NCBI GenBank assembly: GCA_965200095.1
Contig: OZ241350.1
Coordinates: 1,334,853 to 1,398,852 of the forward strand
DNA: 64,000 nucleotides
Source: Alphaproteobacteria bacterium
GTDB lineage: Bacteria > Pseudomonadota > Alphaproteobacteria > UBA7887
Reading direction: 5' to 3'
The notes under the pieces were generated by a model. The model was not told the DNA's origin, did no database searches, and worked only from the letters and a program-made list of their open reading frames with translations. Shown here in pieces: positions 15,424 to 25,407 of this stretch (position 1 is the stretch's first letter; every line of letters begins with the position of its first letter). Made by a program: the position numbers and the translations under genes.

Positions 15424-17661
15424 ATGCTTGCGCCGCATCTCCGGTTTTCCCCCGTCGGCGACGGCGCGGCGCTGCTGGTTTCCGAAAGCTTCAACCGGCT
15501 CCTCGAGGGGCGGCTCTGGCCCGCCCTGTTGCCGCTGCTCGACGGGACGCGCTCGCGGGCGGAGATCGCTGCGGCGCTCGCCGAGAGCCATCCGGCGCTC
15601 GAGACGCAAACGGCGCTGGTCGCGCTGGCGACGCAAGGCGTGGTCGTTTCCGCCGAATTCTCGATGGACCGCGCCGCGGCCGCGTTCTGGTCGCGCCTCG
15701 GCGCATCGCCGCGTCTCGCCGAAGAACGGCTGGGCGCGGCGCGGGTTTCGGTCTCCGGCCCCGAACCGCACGCCGAAAATTTCGCCCGGCGGCTGGAAGC
15801 GGCGGGGCTGACGGCAACCCGCGCGACTCCGACCCTGGCGGCCGTCGTCGCGCCGGATTTTCTCGACGACTCCCTGGCGGAGGACAACCGGCGGCGGGTC
15901 GCCGGCGGGCCGCCCTGGCTCGCGATCGCGCCGGACGGCGCGCCGCCGCTGTTCGGCCCCGTTTTTCGTCCCGACGGAGACGGGCCGTGCCTGGCGTGCC
16001 TGACGCAGCGGCTTTCCGCCAACCGCGAAGCCGAGGAGTTCCTGCGCGCCGCCGGCGACGGCGGAGACCCGGTCCGCCCCCGCGCGCCCGGCGGTTTCGT
16101 CGACGCCGCGCTGGGCCTTGCGGCGACCGCGGTCGCGGTCTGGACCGTGCTGGGGGAACGATCGCCGCTGCACCGGTGCGCGGTCTCGCTGGACGCGGCC
16201 GGGCTGGAGAGCCGCCGCCACCCGGTGACGCGGCGCCCGCAATGCCCCGTTTGCGGCGACCCGGCTCTCAGGCGCCCCGGCCGCGCGTCGGCGCCGGTGC
16301 GGCTACGGCCGAGCCCCGCTCCGGCGCGCGGCGACGGCGGACCGCGCGCCGTGCCGCCGGAGGAAACCTTGCGCCGGTGGGGCCATCTCGCCGACCCGGT
16401 AAGCGGCGTCGCGGCGGCGTTCGGACCGCTCGCGCCGGAGGGCGACCCGTGGCTGCACGTCTTCCGATCGTCCGGCAATTCGGCGCTGCGCACGCACGAT
16501 CTGCGCCAGCGGCTCCACAGTCTGCGCGCCTGGTGCCTCGGCAAGGGCGCGACGGCGGCGCAGGCGCAGGCGAGCGCCCTGTGCGAGGCGGTGGAGCGCC
16601 GCTGCGGCGCGTTTCACGGCGACGAGGTCCGCCGCCGCGCGCGCTTCGTCGATTTCCCCGCCGGCGACGCGCTGGCGCCGAACGACGCGCAGCTGTTCAG
16701 CGACCGGCAGCTGGCGGACGCGGCCGCGCTCAACGCGTCCGAACCGCATTTCAACCGCATCCCGCCGCGTTTCGACCCGAAGGCCGAAATGGACTGGTCG
16801 CCGGTGTGGTCGCTGACGGCCGAACGCCGCCGCTGGCTGCCGACGCAGCTGCTCTGGTTCGCCGCGCCGGCGGAGGACGGAGTTGTCCACTGCACGGCGG
16901 ACTCCAACGGATGCGCGGCCGGCAACACACTGGAAGAAGCGGTGCTGCAAGGGTTTCTGGAGCTCGTGGAGCGCGACGCCTTCGCGTGCTGGTGGTATAA
17001 TTGCGTCGCGCTGCCGGGGGCGGACCCGGGCGGGTTCGGCGACCCGTGGCTCAGCCGGGCGCCGGCGCATTATCGCGCGCGCGGTCGCGACATGTGGCTG
17101 CTGGACGCAACGCACGATCTCGGCGTCCCGGTCTTCGTCGCGGTCTCGCGACGCACCGACAAGGAGGCGGAGGACATCATCTACGCGGCGGGGGCGCATC
17201 TCGACCCGCGCGTGGCGGCGCGGCGCGCGGTGTGCGAGCTGAACCAGTATCTCGCCGTAACCGGCGGCGCGAAGGCCGACGGCTCCGGCTATCTGAGCGA
17301 CGACCCGGAGTCGCTGCGACGGTGGCGGACGATGCGGCTGGCGGACCGGCCGTGGCTCGCCCCCGCGCCGGGAGCGCCGCGCCACGCCGCCGCCGCCGGG
17401 CCGGTCGCGGACGCGACGGACACGCTGCGCGCCCTCGAACATTGCCGCGAGGCGGTCGAGTCCCGCGGAATGGAGGTTCTCGTGCTCGACCAGACGCGGC
17501 CCGACATCGGGCTGCCGGTGGCGCGAACGATCGTTCCGGGGTTGCGCCATTTCTGGCCGCGCTTCGCGCCGGGGCGCCTCTACGACGTCCCGACAGCGAT
17601 GGGCTGGCGAGACGCTCCGGCGCGCGAAGAGGAGCTGAACCCGGTTCCGGTGTCGATCTGA
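15424..17661 (+). CDS. Fused E1-like/YcaO azoline-forming cyclodehydratase (PatD/TruD-like TOMM heterocyclase)
   Basis: N-terminus 'MLAPHLRFSPVG...LLPLLDGTRSRAEIAAAL' aligns with the PatD start (MQPTALQIKPHFH...ILPLLNGQYTLEQIVEKL). YcaO ATP/Mg motifs 'SALCEAVERR' and 'GFLELVERDAFACWWYN'. The C-terminus 'LNPVPVSI' has a PxPxP-type motif. Start chosen at ATG 15424; the TTG at 15265 lies inside the terminator. Confidence 0.8.
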   Translation: MLAPHLRFSPVGDGAALLVSESFNRLLEGRLWPALLPLLDGTRSRAEIAAALAESHPALETQTALVALATQGVVVSAEFSMDRAAAAFWSRLGASPRLAEERLGAARVSVSGPEPHAENFARRLEAAGLTATRATPTLAAVVAPDFLDDSLAEDNRRRVAGGPPWLAIAPDGAPPLFGPVFRPDGDGPCLACLTQRLSANREAEEFLRAAGDGGDPVRPRAPGGFVDAALGLAATAVAVWTVLGERSPLHRCAVSLDAAGLESRRHPVTRRPQCPVCGDPALRRPGRASAPVRLRPSPAPARGDGGPRAVPPEETLRRWGHLADPVSGVAAAFGPLAPEGDPWLHVFRSSGNSALRTHDLRQRLHSLRAWCLGKGATAAQAQASALCEAVERRCGAFHGDEVRRRARFVDFPAGDALAPNDAQLFSDRQLADAAALNASEPHFNRIPPRFDPKAEMDWSPVWSLTAERRRWLPTQLLWFAAPAEDGVVHCTADSNGCAAGNTLEEAVLQGFLELVERDAFACWWYNCVALPGADPGGFGDPWLSRAPAHYRARGRDMWLLDATHDLGVPVFVAVSRRTDKEAEDIIYAAGAHLDPRVAARRAVCELNQYLAVTGGAKADGSGYLSDDPESLRRWRTMRLADRPWLAPAPGAPRHAAAAGPVADATDTLRALEHCREAVESRGMEVLVLDQTRPDIGLPVARTIVPGLRHFWPRFAPGRLYDVPTAMGWRDAPAREEELNPVPVSI

Positions 17662-17761
17662 CGGCGGAACCGGCTCATCCCGGGGCGCGCGACGGGCAAG
17701 CCGGGTTGACGCTCCGGCGGCGAGCCGGTATCGTGGCGGCGGCTTTGCCGGGGAGAGCGAG

Positions 17762-18391
17762 ATGCCGAAGATCAACCCGTTCGTCGGTCTGTTCGTGGCC
17801 ATCGCGGCGCTGAACGCGAGCATGTTCGTCTGGCTGCGCGCCGACATCGCCGAAGTCCGCGAGGAAATCGCCGCCGTCCGCGGGGATGTCGCCGGCAATG
17901 GCGAGCGTCTGGCGCGCATCGAGACCGTGCAGGCCGAACATGGCGAGCGTCTGGCGCGCATCGAGACCGTGCAGACCGAGCATGGCGAGCGCCTGACGCG
18001 CATCGAGACCGTGCAGGCCGAGCATGGCGAGCGCCTGACGCGCCTCGAGGCCGGGCAGGCGGAACTGCGCGACCGCATGGCCGAGGTCGAAATCGGGCAG
18101 GCGGAGATGCGCGCCGATATCGCCGAGCTCGGCGAGCGCGCGATTCGCGTCGAAACCGGGCAGGCGGAATTGCGCGACCGCATGACCGGGGTCGAAGCCG
18201 GACTTGCGGGGTTGCGCGCCGATATCGCCGAAGTCGGCGAGCGTGTGGTTCGCGTCGAAGCCGGGCAAACCATGACCGGCGAGCGCATGGCGCGCATCGA
18301 AGGCACGGTCGCCGGCGCGCTCGGGCGCCCGTTTCCGGGCGCGGATCGCGTCGCACGGGCGCCCGAGGCGGGCGCAAACGCGGCGAACTGA
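17762..18391 (+). CDS. N-terminally membrane-anchored tandem-repeat coiled-coil protein (4 x 14-aa 'GERLARIETVQAEH' + 21-aa repeats)
   Basis: TM 'PFVGLFVAIAALNASMFVWL' followed by near-perfect tandem repeats. Upstream are TTGACG..17..TATCGT and an SD GGGGAGAG. Confidence 0.55.
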   Translation: MPKINPFVGLFVAIAALNASMFVWLRADIAEVREEIAAVRGDVAGNGERLARIETVQAEHGERLARIETVQTEHGERLTRIETVQAEHGERLTRLEAGQAELRDRMAEVEIGQAEMRADIAELGERAIRVETGQAELRDRMTGVEAGLAGLRADIAEVGERVVRVEAGQTMTGERMARIEGTVAGALGRPFPGADRVARAPEAGANAAN

Positions 18392-18494
18392 CCCTTCGCG
18401 ATACGGGACGGAAACCCGGACGAACCGACCGCCGGCGCCCGCGGCCAGATCCATGGCCGGCAGCCTGCCTGCGGCCATGGCGGCCCGCTCCGCG

Positions 18495-19793
18495 TTTCGT
18501 ATGCGAGACCTTTGCATAACCCGTTTCGCCTGCGGCAGGATCGCGTTCCCGATGCTTTACGACGTTTTCGAACCTGCCGTCGGAGCATGACAGTGAGTGA
18601 CGGAATTACGGGAATCCGCCCTCTGCATCGATAATTCCCGCTTTCGAGCATATGAAGAGACCGGATGTTTCTCACTATGGCGGTCGGAGCGCCGAAGGGT
18701 TCGGCGCGGCAAAAGACAACAATTCTCTAATAATACTCGTCATTCCCGCGAAAGAGTGTGTGAAGAAATCGAAAGGCCGCACTACTCTTCGTCATTCCCG
18801 CGAAAGCGGGAATCTGTCGCGGCGTTTCCGTAATAAAAACGGGCCGATATAGCGGACGGCCGCCTCCGGATTCCCGCTTTCGAGCATGTGAAGAAACCGG
18901 GCGTCTCCGATCGTGACAGCCGGATCGCCGAGGCACCGGCATTGTAAAAGACAATACCCATCGAATAATACTTCGTCATTCCCGAGAAAGAGCGTGTGAA
19001 GAAATTGAGCGCCTCTCACTATGGCGGCTGGACAACTCAAGAACCGCCATAGTGAAAGGCGGTAACCCCCAGATAATACCTCGTCATTCCCGCGAAAGCG
19101 GGAATCCGGAGGCGGACGTCCGCTATATCGGCCCGCTTTATTATGGAAACGTCGCAACGGATTCCCGCTTTCGCGGGAATGACGAGTATTTGTAAGGCCT
19201 TTCAATTTCCTCACACGCTCTTTCGCGGGAATGACGAAGTACCATTCGGTGGTTATCGTCTTTTACAAATGCCGTTACTTCGGCGATCCGGCTGTCACGA
19301 TTCGGAAACGCCCGACTTCTTCACACGCGTGAAAGCGGGAATCTGTCGCGGCGTTTCCGTAATAAAAACGGGCCGGTATAGTGGACGGTCGCCTCCGGAT
19401 TCTCGCTTTCGAGCGTGCGAAGAAATCGAGAGCCGCTACTATTCTTCGTCATTCCCGCGAAAGCGGGAATCTGCTTGCGGCGTTTCCGTAAGAAAAACCG
19501 CGCCGATATTGCGGACGGCCGCCTCCGGATTCCCGCTTTCGCGGGAATGACGAGTATTTGTAAAGCCGTCCGATTTCTTCACATGCTCTCGCGGGAATGA
19601 CGAGTGTTTGTAAGGCTGTTCAATTTCCTCGCACGCTCTTTCGCGGAACGGATATGTCCGGACAACGACGAGCCGGATCGAATCGAGGCGCCCGGTCATC
19701 CCGTCGACGCCTCGCGACATCGCCGGAAGTCGAGCCGAACAGGCAACCGCTCGCGACCGGCCCCCGAAAAAAATCCGGACCTCGGCAGAGGTC
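18495..19793. mobile_element. MITE-like non-autonomous element (about 1.3 kb): 5' module GAGACCTTTGCATAAC..., internal REP-unit array, 3' module ...GGCAGAGGTC
   Basis: Same 5' (~125 nt) and 3' (~180 nt) modules as the element at 26897..27617. The terminal inverted repeats here are degenerate. Confidence 0.55.
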
Positions 19794-19885
19794 GCATATG
19801 CCTCGAACGAGGACGCGGCGTAGCGCGCGGACGGCCCGGGGGCTACGCTGCAATGCGACAGCTTTCCTGGCGGATCGGGGGCGAC

Positions 19886-20776
19886 ATGGGCGACACGGGC
19901 GTTCTGGGGCTGGGTTACGTCGGCATCGACGCGCGGGACCCGGCGGCATGGGAGCCGTTCGCGACCGGCTTTCTCGGAATGGAGCGGGCGGAAGCCGGCG
20001 GCGGCGCGACGGCGTTCCGGGTGGACGATGCCGGGCGGCGGCTCATCGTCATGCCCGCCGCGCGCGACGGCGGGGCCTTCTATGGCTGGGAGGTCGCGGA
20101 CGCCGCGGCGCTCGACGCGCGGGCGGCGGCGCTCGAGGGCCGGGGAGTCGCGGTCGCCGCGGCGACCGCCGCCGAATGCGCGTTGCGCGGCGTAGCCGGC
20201 ATGGCGCATTGCGTCGACCCCGGCGGTCACCGGGCGGAACTGTTCCATGGCCTCGACCCGGCGGGCGAGGCGTTCTCTCCGGGGCGGCCGATGGCCGGTT
20301 TCCGCACCGGGGCGCTCGGCCTCGGCCACATCCTCCTTCAGGCCGCGGACGCCCGGAAATGCGCCGCGTTCTATCGCGAGGCGCTGGGCTTCCGGCTCAG
20401 CGACTGGCGCGACGAACCGCACGCCGCGCGCTTCCTGCATTGCAACCCGCGGCATCATTCGCTGGCGCTGTTCGGCCGCGGCGAGGCGCGCCTGCACCAC
20501 GTGATGGTGGAGCTGAACGCGCTCGACGATGTGGGCGCCGCCTACGACATGGCGCTGGCCGGGAACGGCCGCGTCGCCCTGACGCTGGGCCGGCACCCCA
20601 ACGACCGCATGGTCTCGTTCTACGTCAACACGCCGTCGGGCTTCCTGCTCGAATACGGCTGGGGCGGGCGGACCGTCGACGACGCGACCTGGGTAGTGGA
20701 GGAGACTCCGGTGCGCAGCCTGTGGGGCCACCGGCGCCGCGAGGCGGCGTTTGCCGCCGGCCCCGGTAGCGTCTAG
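19886..20776 (+). CDS. Type I extradiol (catechol 2,3-/biphenyl-diol-type) dioxygenase, two VOC domains
   Basis: 'LGLGYVGIDARD', 'LGLGHILLQAADARK', 'HHSLAL', 'HHVMVELNALDDV'. An alternative start at 19853 is possible. Confidence 0.75.
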   Translation: MGDTGVLGLGYVGIDARDPAAWEPFATGFLGMERAEAGGGATAFRVDDAGRRLIVMPAARDGGAFYGWEVADAAALDARAAALEGRGVAVAAATAAECALRGVAGMAHCVDPGGHRAELFHGLDPAGEAFSPGRPMAGFRTGALGLGHILLQAADARKCAAFYREALGFRLSDWRDEPHAARFLHCNPRHHSLALFGRGEARLHHVMVELNALDDVGAAYDMALAGNGRVALTLGRHPNDRMVSFYVNTPSGFLLEYGWGGRTVDDATWVVEETPVRSLWGHRRREAAFAAGPGSV

Positions 20777-20840
20777 ATTGCCGCGCGGGGCCGTGCGCGC
20801 CCTCACCCATCCTGTTTCCATGGCCTTCGGGAGGCACTCG

Positions 20841-21374
20841 ATGATTCGCAGATCCCCCTTGCCGGCGCCGGTCGCCGGCGCCCTCGCCGGCGCGCTGGCG
20901 CTGACCGCCGTCTCCGCCCATGCTGAGATCGACTATGGCGACACCATCGCCATCCATGAATCGGTTGTCATCGAGGGCAGCGCGCAAGCCATCTGGGCGA
21001 AGTACGGCGGTTATTGCGACCTCACCGCATGGGTCGGCCCGGTGCTTACCTGCGAATATACCGAAGGCGAGGGCCAGCTCGGCACCGTGCGCAAACTGCT
21101 CCTGGCCGGCGATATGGGGGAAGTGGTCGAACTCATGAGCGTCCAGGGGCCGACCCTCTACACCTACGAGATGACCGAGGGCTTTCTCGCGCACGCGAAC
21201 TACCGCTCCACCGTGTGGGCGGTCCCCGGCGTCACCGCCGATACGGCGGAAGTGCACTGGCGGACCACCATTCTCGCTTCGGCGTTCGAGGACGGCGGCG
21301 TCGGCATCGCGCAGGCGCTGGAAGGCGTCTACGCCTCGTCTCTCGCCGCGCTGAAGGCGATGGTGGAATTCTAG
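20841..21374 (+). CDS. Secreted SRPBCC (Bet v1/polyketide-cyclase-like) protein
   Basis: SD GGGAGG 7 nt upstream. Signal 'MIRRSPLPAPVAGALAGALALTAVSAHA'. About 150-aa START/Bet v1-like fold length. Confidence 0.55.
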   Translation: MIRRSPLPAPVAGALAGALALTAVSAHAEIDYGDTIAIHESVVIEGSAQAIWAKYGGYCDLTAWVGPVLTCEYTEGEGQLGTVRKLLLAGDMGEVVELMSVQGPTLYTYEMTEGFLAHANYRSTVWAVPGVTADTAEVHWRTTILASAFEDGGVGIAQALEGVYASSLAALKAMVEF

Positions 21375-21408
21375 GCCGCGGCGTCGCCCGGCTTCCGGGG
21401 GGCGGCGG

Positions 21409-22446
21409 ATGTCCGGCGCGACGGCGGACGATGCGCTGGCGCGTCTGCTGGCGCGCGCGCCGGAGCCGCCGCCCTTCCCCGAAGACAATATCTTCCCCAT
21501 CGAATGGCGTGTCGAAACCCCGAAACTGGCGGAGATTTACGAGCAGTCGCGCGACCCCGGCTGGTCGCCGGCGACCCTTCCCTGGGACACGCTGAAACCG
21601 CAGGACTTCACGCCCGACCAGCGCTGCGCCATCGCCTACTGGTTCGCGCTGCTCGGCGTGTTCGACAGTTCGGGGCCGGCGGTGTTCGCGCGCGCGATGA
21701 TCCGCACCTACGAAACGCGCCGGGAAGACCCGGTGCGCAAGTGCTTCTTCTCCATCGTCCGGGACGAAGTGAATCATGAGGAGGTCTGCCAACGGGTCAT
21801 CGGCGTCCTGACCCCCGGCGGCCCCTTCGGCCACCGGCCCGAAACGCCGCTCGGCCGCCTCGCGCGCAACAACGTCCTCTGGTATCACCACAACGGCGCG
21901 CGCTACTGGGAGGGGTTCAAAAGCGCCGTCCCGAAATACCCCCTCGCGATCCTGTTCACCGCGTTCCTCATGGGGGAGCTTGCCGCGGCGACGCTGTTTC
22001 ACGGCATGCACAAGCGCACCTCGGTTCCCGCGCTGGCCGAGGCGTTCCGCTTCATCGGCAAGGACGAAGCGCGGCATCTCGGCATCTGCATGGCCGTCCT
22101 CCGCGACCTGCTGCCCACGCTTTCCGCGGACGGGAAGGCGACGGTCACGAAGCAGATCCGCGCCGGCTATGTGTTCCTTTCGGGCATTCTCTACGAACCT
22201 CCCGGCGAATTCTGGGACCTGCCGGAGACGTTCCTCGAGGCGCACCGGCGCATCGAGGCCGTGGCGGCGGACGCCGGTCTCGGAATTCTGGGCCGGGAGG
22301 AGCGCCGCGAGAACTGGCGCGCCGCGGTGCTGCGCATGAAGGGGATACTGGAAGGCTACGACATCGCCTTCCCCGCCATTCCGGAGATCGGGATCGACGG
22401 CGAGACCGTGGCGTTCGACCCCGCCGACATCGTCCCGGTTTTCTGA
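21409..22446 (+). CDS. Ferritin-like diiron-carboxylate protein (putative oxygenase)
   Basis: Two ExxH motifs ('RDEVNHEE', 'GKDEARHLG') spaced about 100 aa apart. Confidence 0.5.
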   Translation: MSGATADDALARLLARAPEPPPFPEDNIFPIEWRVETPKLAEIYEQSRDPGWSPATLPWDTLKPQDFTPDQRCAIAYWFALLGVFDSSGPAVFARAMIRTYETRREDPVRKCFFSIVRDEVNHEEVCQRVIGVLTPGGPFGHRPETPLGRLARNNVLWYHHNGARYWEGFKSAVPKYPLAILFTAFLMGELAAATLFHGMHKRTSVPALAEAFRFIGKDEARHLGICMAVLRDLLPTLSADGKATVTKQIRAGYVFLSGILYEPPGEFWDLPETFLEAHRRIEAVAADAGLGILGREERRENWRAAVLRMKGILEGYDIAFPAIPEIGIDGETVAFDPADIVPVF

Positions 22447-22450
22447 ACCG

Positions 22451-23080
22451 CTACATCGGCGGCTCGACTCCGTCGCGGCCGACCACTGCGGCGATCGCCG
22501 CCGCCGCGCCGTCCTCCCCGTCGACGGCGAGGATGAACATGCGCTCGCCGGGAACCAGGGCGGCCCGGTCGCCGGCCGAAAGACGCACGACGGCCGCCGA
22601 CGGCGGGACAACGATGGTCTGCGTCCCCGATGTCCGCGCGCCCTCCTCGCCCTCCGTATACTCCACGGTAAGGCGGCGGTTTTCGTCCATCGCAACCATC
22701 GTTGCGACGTTGGCGTTGGTCATCATGTTTTCTTCCTCGACGAGGGTCCAGGGGTAATGCCCCTCGCCGACGCCGCGCAGCGACTCCTCGAAGATATGCA
22801 CTTCGAGCGCCACCCGCTCGCCGCCGGACACGATCGAGGTGATGCCGACGAACTGGCCTTCGGCGATGTCGTCGAGCGCCGCGGCGTCGACGACGAAGAT
22901 CCGCGTTTCGGCGCCCAGCGCGATGTCGCGCGTCGCGCCGGAATCGTCGGTTATCGTCAGCGCCTCCTCATGCACGGCGTCGAGCGCGCCGCGCAGGTGG
23001 TAGGGCGTCGCGTCCTGCGCGAAGGCGGACGCGGCGAGCGCCGCAGCCGCCGCGCATGCGACGGCAATGAGACGGGTCAT
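22451..23080 (-). CDS. Secreted hypothetical protein
   Basis: Signal peptide 'MTRLIAVACAAAAALAASAFA'. No recognisable family. Codon usage matches the genome. Confidence 0.5.
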   Translation of the reverse strand: MTRLIAVACAAAAALAASAFAQDATPYHLRGALDAVHEEALTITDDSGATRDIALGAETRIFVVDAAALDDIAEGQFVGITSIVSGGERVALEVHIFEESLRGVGEGHYPWTLVEEENMMTNANVATMVAMDENRRLTVEYTEGEEGARTSGTQTIVVPPSAAVVRLSAGDRAALVPGERMFILAVDGEDGAAAAIAAVVGRDGVEPPM

Positions 23081-23159
23081 GGTTCGCTCCTGAAAGGATG
23101 TCGGGGAAATGCGCCGGCCGCCGACGGGGCCTGCCGACCGGGCAAGGCTATAGTCGCCG

Positions 23160-23422
23160 CGGCGCCGGCCATCAAGCGATCCGGTTCACCGAAAACCGGC
23201 GCTCCGACCGTACAAATACTCGTCATTCCCGCGAAAGCGGGAATCCGGAGGCGGTCGTCCGCTATATTGGCCCGTTTTTTTATTACGGAACCCCCGCAAC
23301 GGATTCCCGCTTTCGCGGGAATGACGAAGAGTAGTAGGGCTTTTCAATTTCTTCACACACTCTATTCGCGGAACGAATATGTCCGAACAAACGACAAGCC
23401 GGCTCGAATCGAGGCGCCCCGG
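23160..23422. repeat. Truncated copy of the REP-array/MITE 3' module, abutting the aspS stop
   Basis: REP units plus 'cgcggaacgaatatgtccgaacaaacgacaagccggctcgaatcgaggcgccc', homologous to 19640-19700 and 27450-27520. Confidence 0.6.
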
Positions 23423-25216
23423 TCAGCCCCCTGCCGCCGCCGGCGCGCGGCGGATGCGGAGCTCGCGCAACTGGGCGTCGGAGACCTCGCCGGGCGCGCC
23501 CATGAGAAGGTCCTCGGCGCGCTGGTTCATCGGGAACAGGATGACCTCGCGGATGTTCGGCTCGCCCGCCAGCAGCATGACGATGCGGTCGACTCCCGGC
23601 GCGATCCCGCCATGCGGCGGGGCGCCGTAGCGGAAGGCGCGCAGCATCCCGCCGAAACGCGCCTCCACCTCCCCGGGCGCGTAGCCGGCGATGCCGAAAG
23701 CCTTGACCATGATGTCCGGGCGATGGTTGCGGATCGCGCCCGAGCTCAACTCCACGCCGTTGCACACGATGTCGTATTGCCAGGCGAGGATGTCCAGCGG
23801 GTTGCGGTTCTCCAGCGCCTCCATCCCCCCTTGCGGCATGGAAAAGGGGTTGTGGCTGAAGCCGATTTCGCCGGTGTCCCCGTCGCGCTCGTAGAGCGGG
23901 AAGTCGACGGTCCAGCAAAAGCGGAAGACATCCTTCTCCACGAGGTCGAGCGCCTCGGCGATGCGCACGCGCGCGCGCCCCGCCAGCGCCGCCGCTTCGT
24001 CCGGCTTCATGCACACGAAGAACACGGCGTCGCCGGCGCCGGCTCCCGCCGCGTCGCGGATCGCCGCCTGCGCTTCCGGGGGAAGGAATTTGGCGATGGG
24101 GCCCTTCCCGGCGCCGTCGGCGGGGTCGAAAACGATATAGCCGAGGCCCGGCGCTCCCTCTTCGCGCGCCCAGTCGTTGAGCTTGTCGAAGAACGAGCGC
24201 GGTTGCGCCGCGGCGCCGGGAGCGGGAATCGCGCGCACCGTCGCCCCCTTGTCGACGGCGTTGCGGAACGCCTTGAACGTCACGCCGTCCATGAGGAAGG
24301 CGCGGGTCGCGTCGGCGATGACGAGCGGGTTGCGCAGATCGGGCTTGTCGGTCCCGTATTTCAGCATCGCGTCGGCCCAGGCGATGCGCGGGAAGGGCGG
24401 GGGCGTGACCGGGCGGCCGCCGCCGAATTCCTCGAACACGCCGTGCAGCACGGGCTCGATGGCGGCGAACACATCCTCCTGCGTCGCGAACGCCATCTCC
24501 ACATCGAGCTGGTAGAACTCGCCGGGGCTGCGATCGGCGCGCGCATCCTCGTCGCGGAAGCACGGCGCAATCTGGAAATAGCGGTCGAAACCGGAGACCA
24601 TGACCAGCTGCTTGAACTGCTGCGGCGCCTGCGGCAGGGCATAAAACCGCCCCGGATGCAGACGGCTCGGCACGAGGAAGTCCCGCGCGCCTTCCGGGCT
24701 CGACGACGTGAGAATCGGCGTCTGGAATTCGGTGAAGCCGCTTTCGATCATGCGGCGGCGGATGTCGGCGACGACCGCCGAGCGCAGCATGAGGTTGCGT
24801 TGCATCGGCGCGCGCCGGAGGTCGAGAAAGCGGTAGCGCAGGCGGGTCTCCTCGCCATAGGGTTCGTCGCCGGCGACCTGCATCGGCAGGACCTCGGCGG
24901 ACGACTGGACCGCGAAATCGGCGATCCGCAATTCGACCTCCCCGGTGGCGAGGCGCGGGTTGACGGTGTCGGCGCTGCGCGCGACCACCACGCCGGTGAC
25001 GGTAACGACGCTTTCGGGGCGCGCCGCTTCCACGGCGGCGAAATGCGCCCCGTCGCGCTCGACGACGCATTGGGTGACGCCGAACTGGTCGCGCAGGTCG
25101 ACGAACAACAGGTTGCCGTGGTCGCGCTTGCGGTGGACCCAGCCCGACAGGCGGGCCCGGGCGCCGACATGTTCGCGGCGCAACCGGCCGCAGTCGTGCG
25201 TTCGGTAAGCGTGCAT
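23423..25216 (-). CDS. aspS: Aspartate--tRNA ligase
   Basis: '[13 protein letters not shown]', '[14 protein letters not shown]', the class II motifs 'FYQLDVEM' and '[16 protein letters not shown]'. 597 aa. Confidence 0.92.
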   Translation of the reverse strand: MHAYRTHDCGRLRREHVGARARLSGWVHRKRDHGNLLFVDLRDQFGVTQCVVERDGAHFAAVEAARPESVVTVTGVVVARSADTVNPRLATGEVELRIADFAVQSSAEVLPMQVAGDEPYGEETRLRYRFLDLRRAPMQRNLMLRSAVVADIRRRMIESGFTEFQTPILTSSSPEGARDFLVPSRLHPGRFYALPQAPQQFKQLVMVSGFDRYFQIAPCFRDEDARADRSPGEFYQLDVEMAFATQEDVFAAIEPVLHGVFEEFGGGRPVTPPPFPRIAWADAMLKYGTDKPDLRNPLVIADATRAFLMDGVTFKAFRNAVDKGATVRAIPAPGAAAQPRSFFDKLNDWAREEGAPGLGYIVFDPADGAGKGPIAKFLPPEAQAAIRDAAGAGAGDAVFFVCMKPDEAAALAGRARVRIAEALDLVEKDVFRFCWTVDFPLYERDGDTGEIGFSHNPFSMPQGGMEALENRNPLDILAWQYDIVCNGVELSSGAIRNHRPDIMVKAFGIAGYAPGEVEARFGGMLRAFRYGAPPHGGIAPGVDRIVMLLAGEPNIREVILFPMNQRAEDLLMGAPGEVSDAQLRELRIRRAPAAAGG

Positions 25217-25407
25217 GGCGCGGAGCATAGGAAGCGCGCGCGGCCGCGCAAGCGAATCTTCGTTACGCTCCGTTACGACGCGGTTGCGCGGACGCGCCGG
25301 AAGTGGGATGATCGCTGCCGGTTCCCGCCGCGCGGGAGCGGCCGCCGCCGGGTCGCCACGGCGGTCGCCGCAAAGACGCGAAACCGGGCGACAGGGAGGA
25401 ATTTTCG

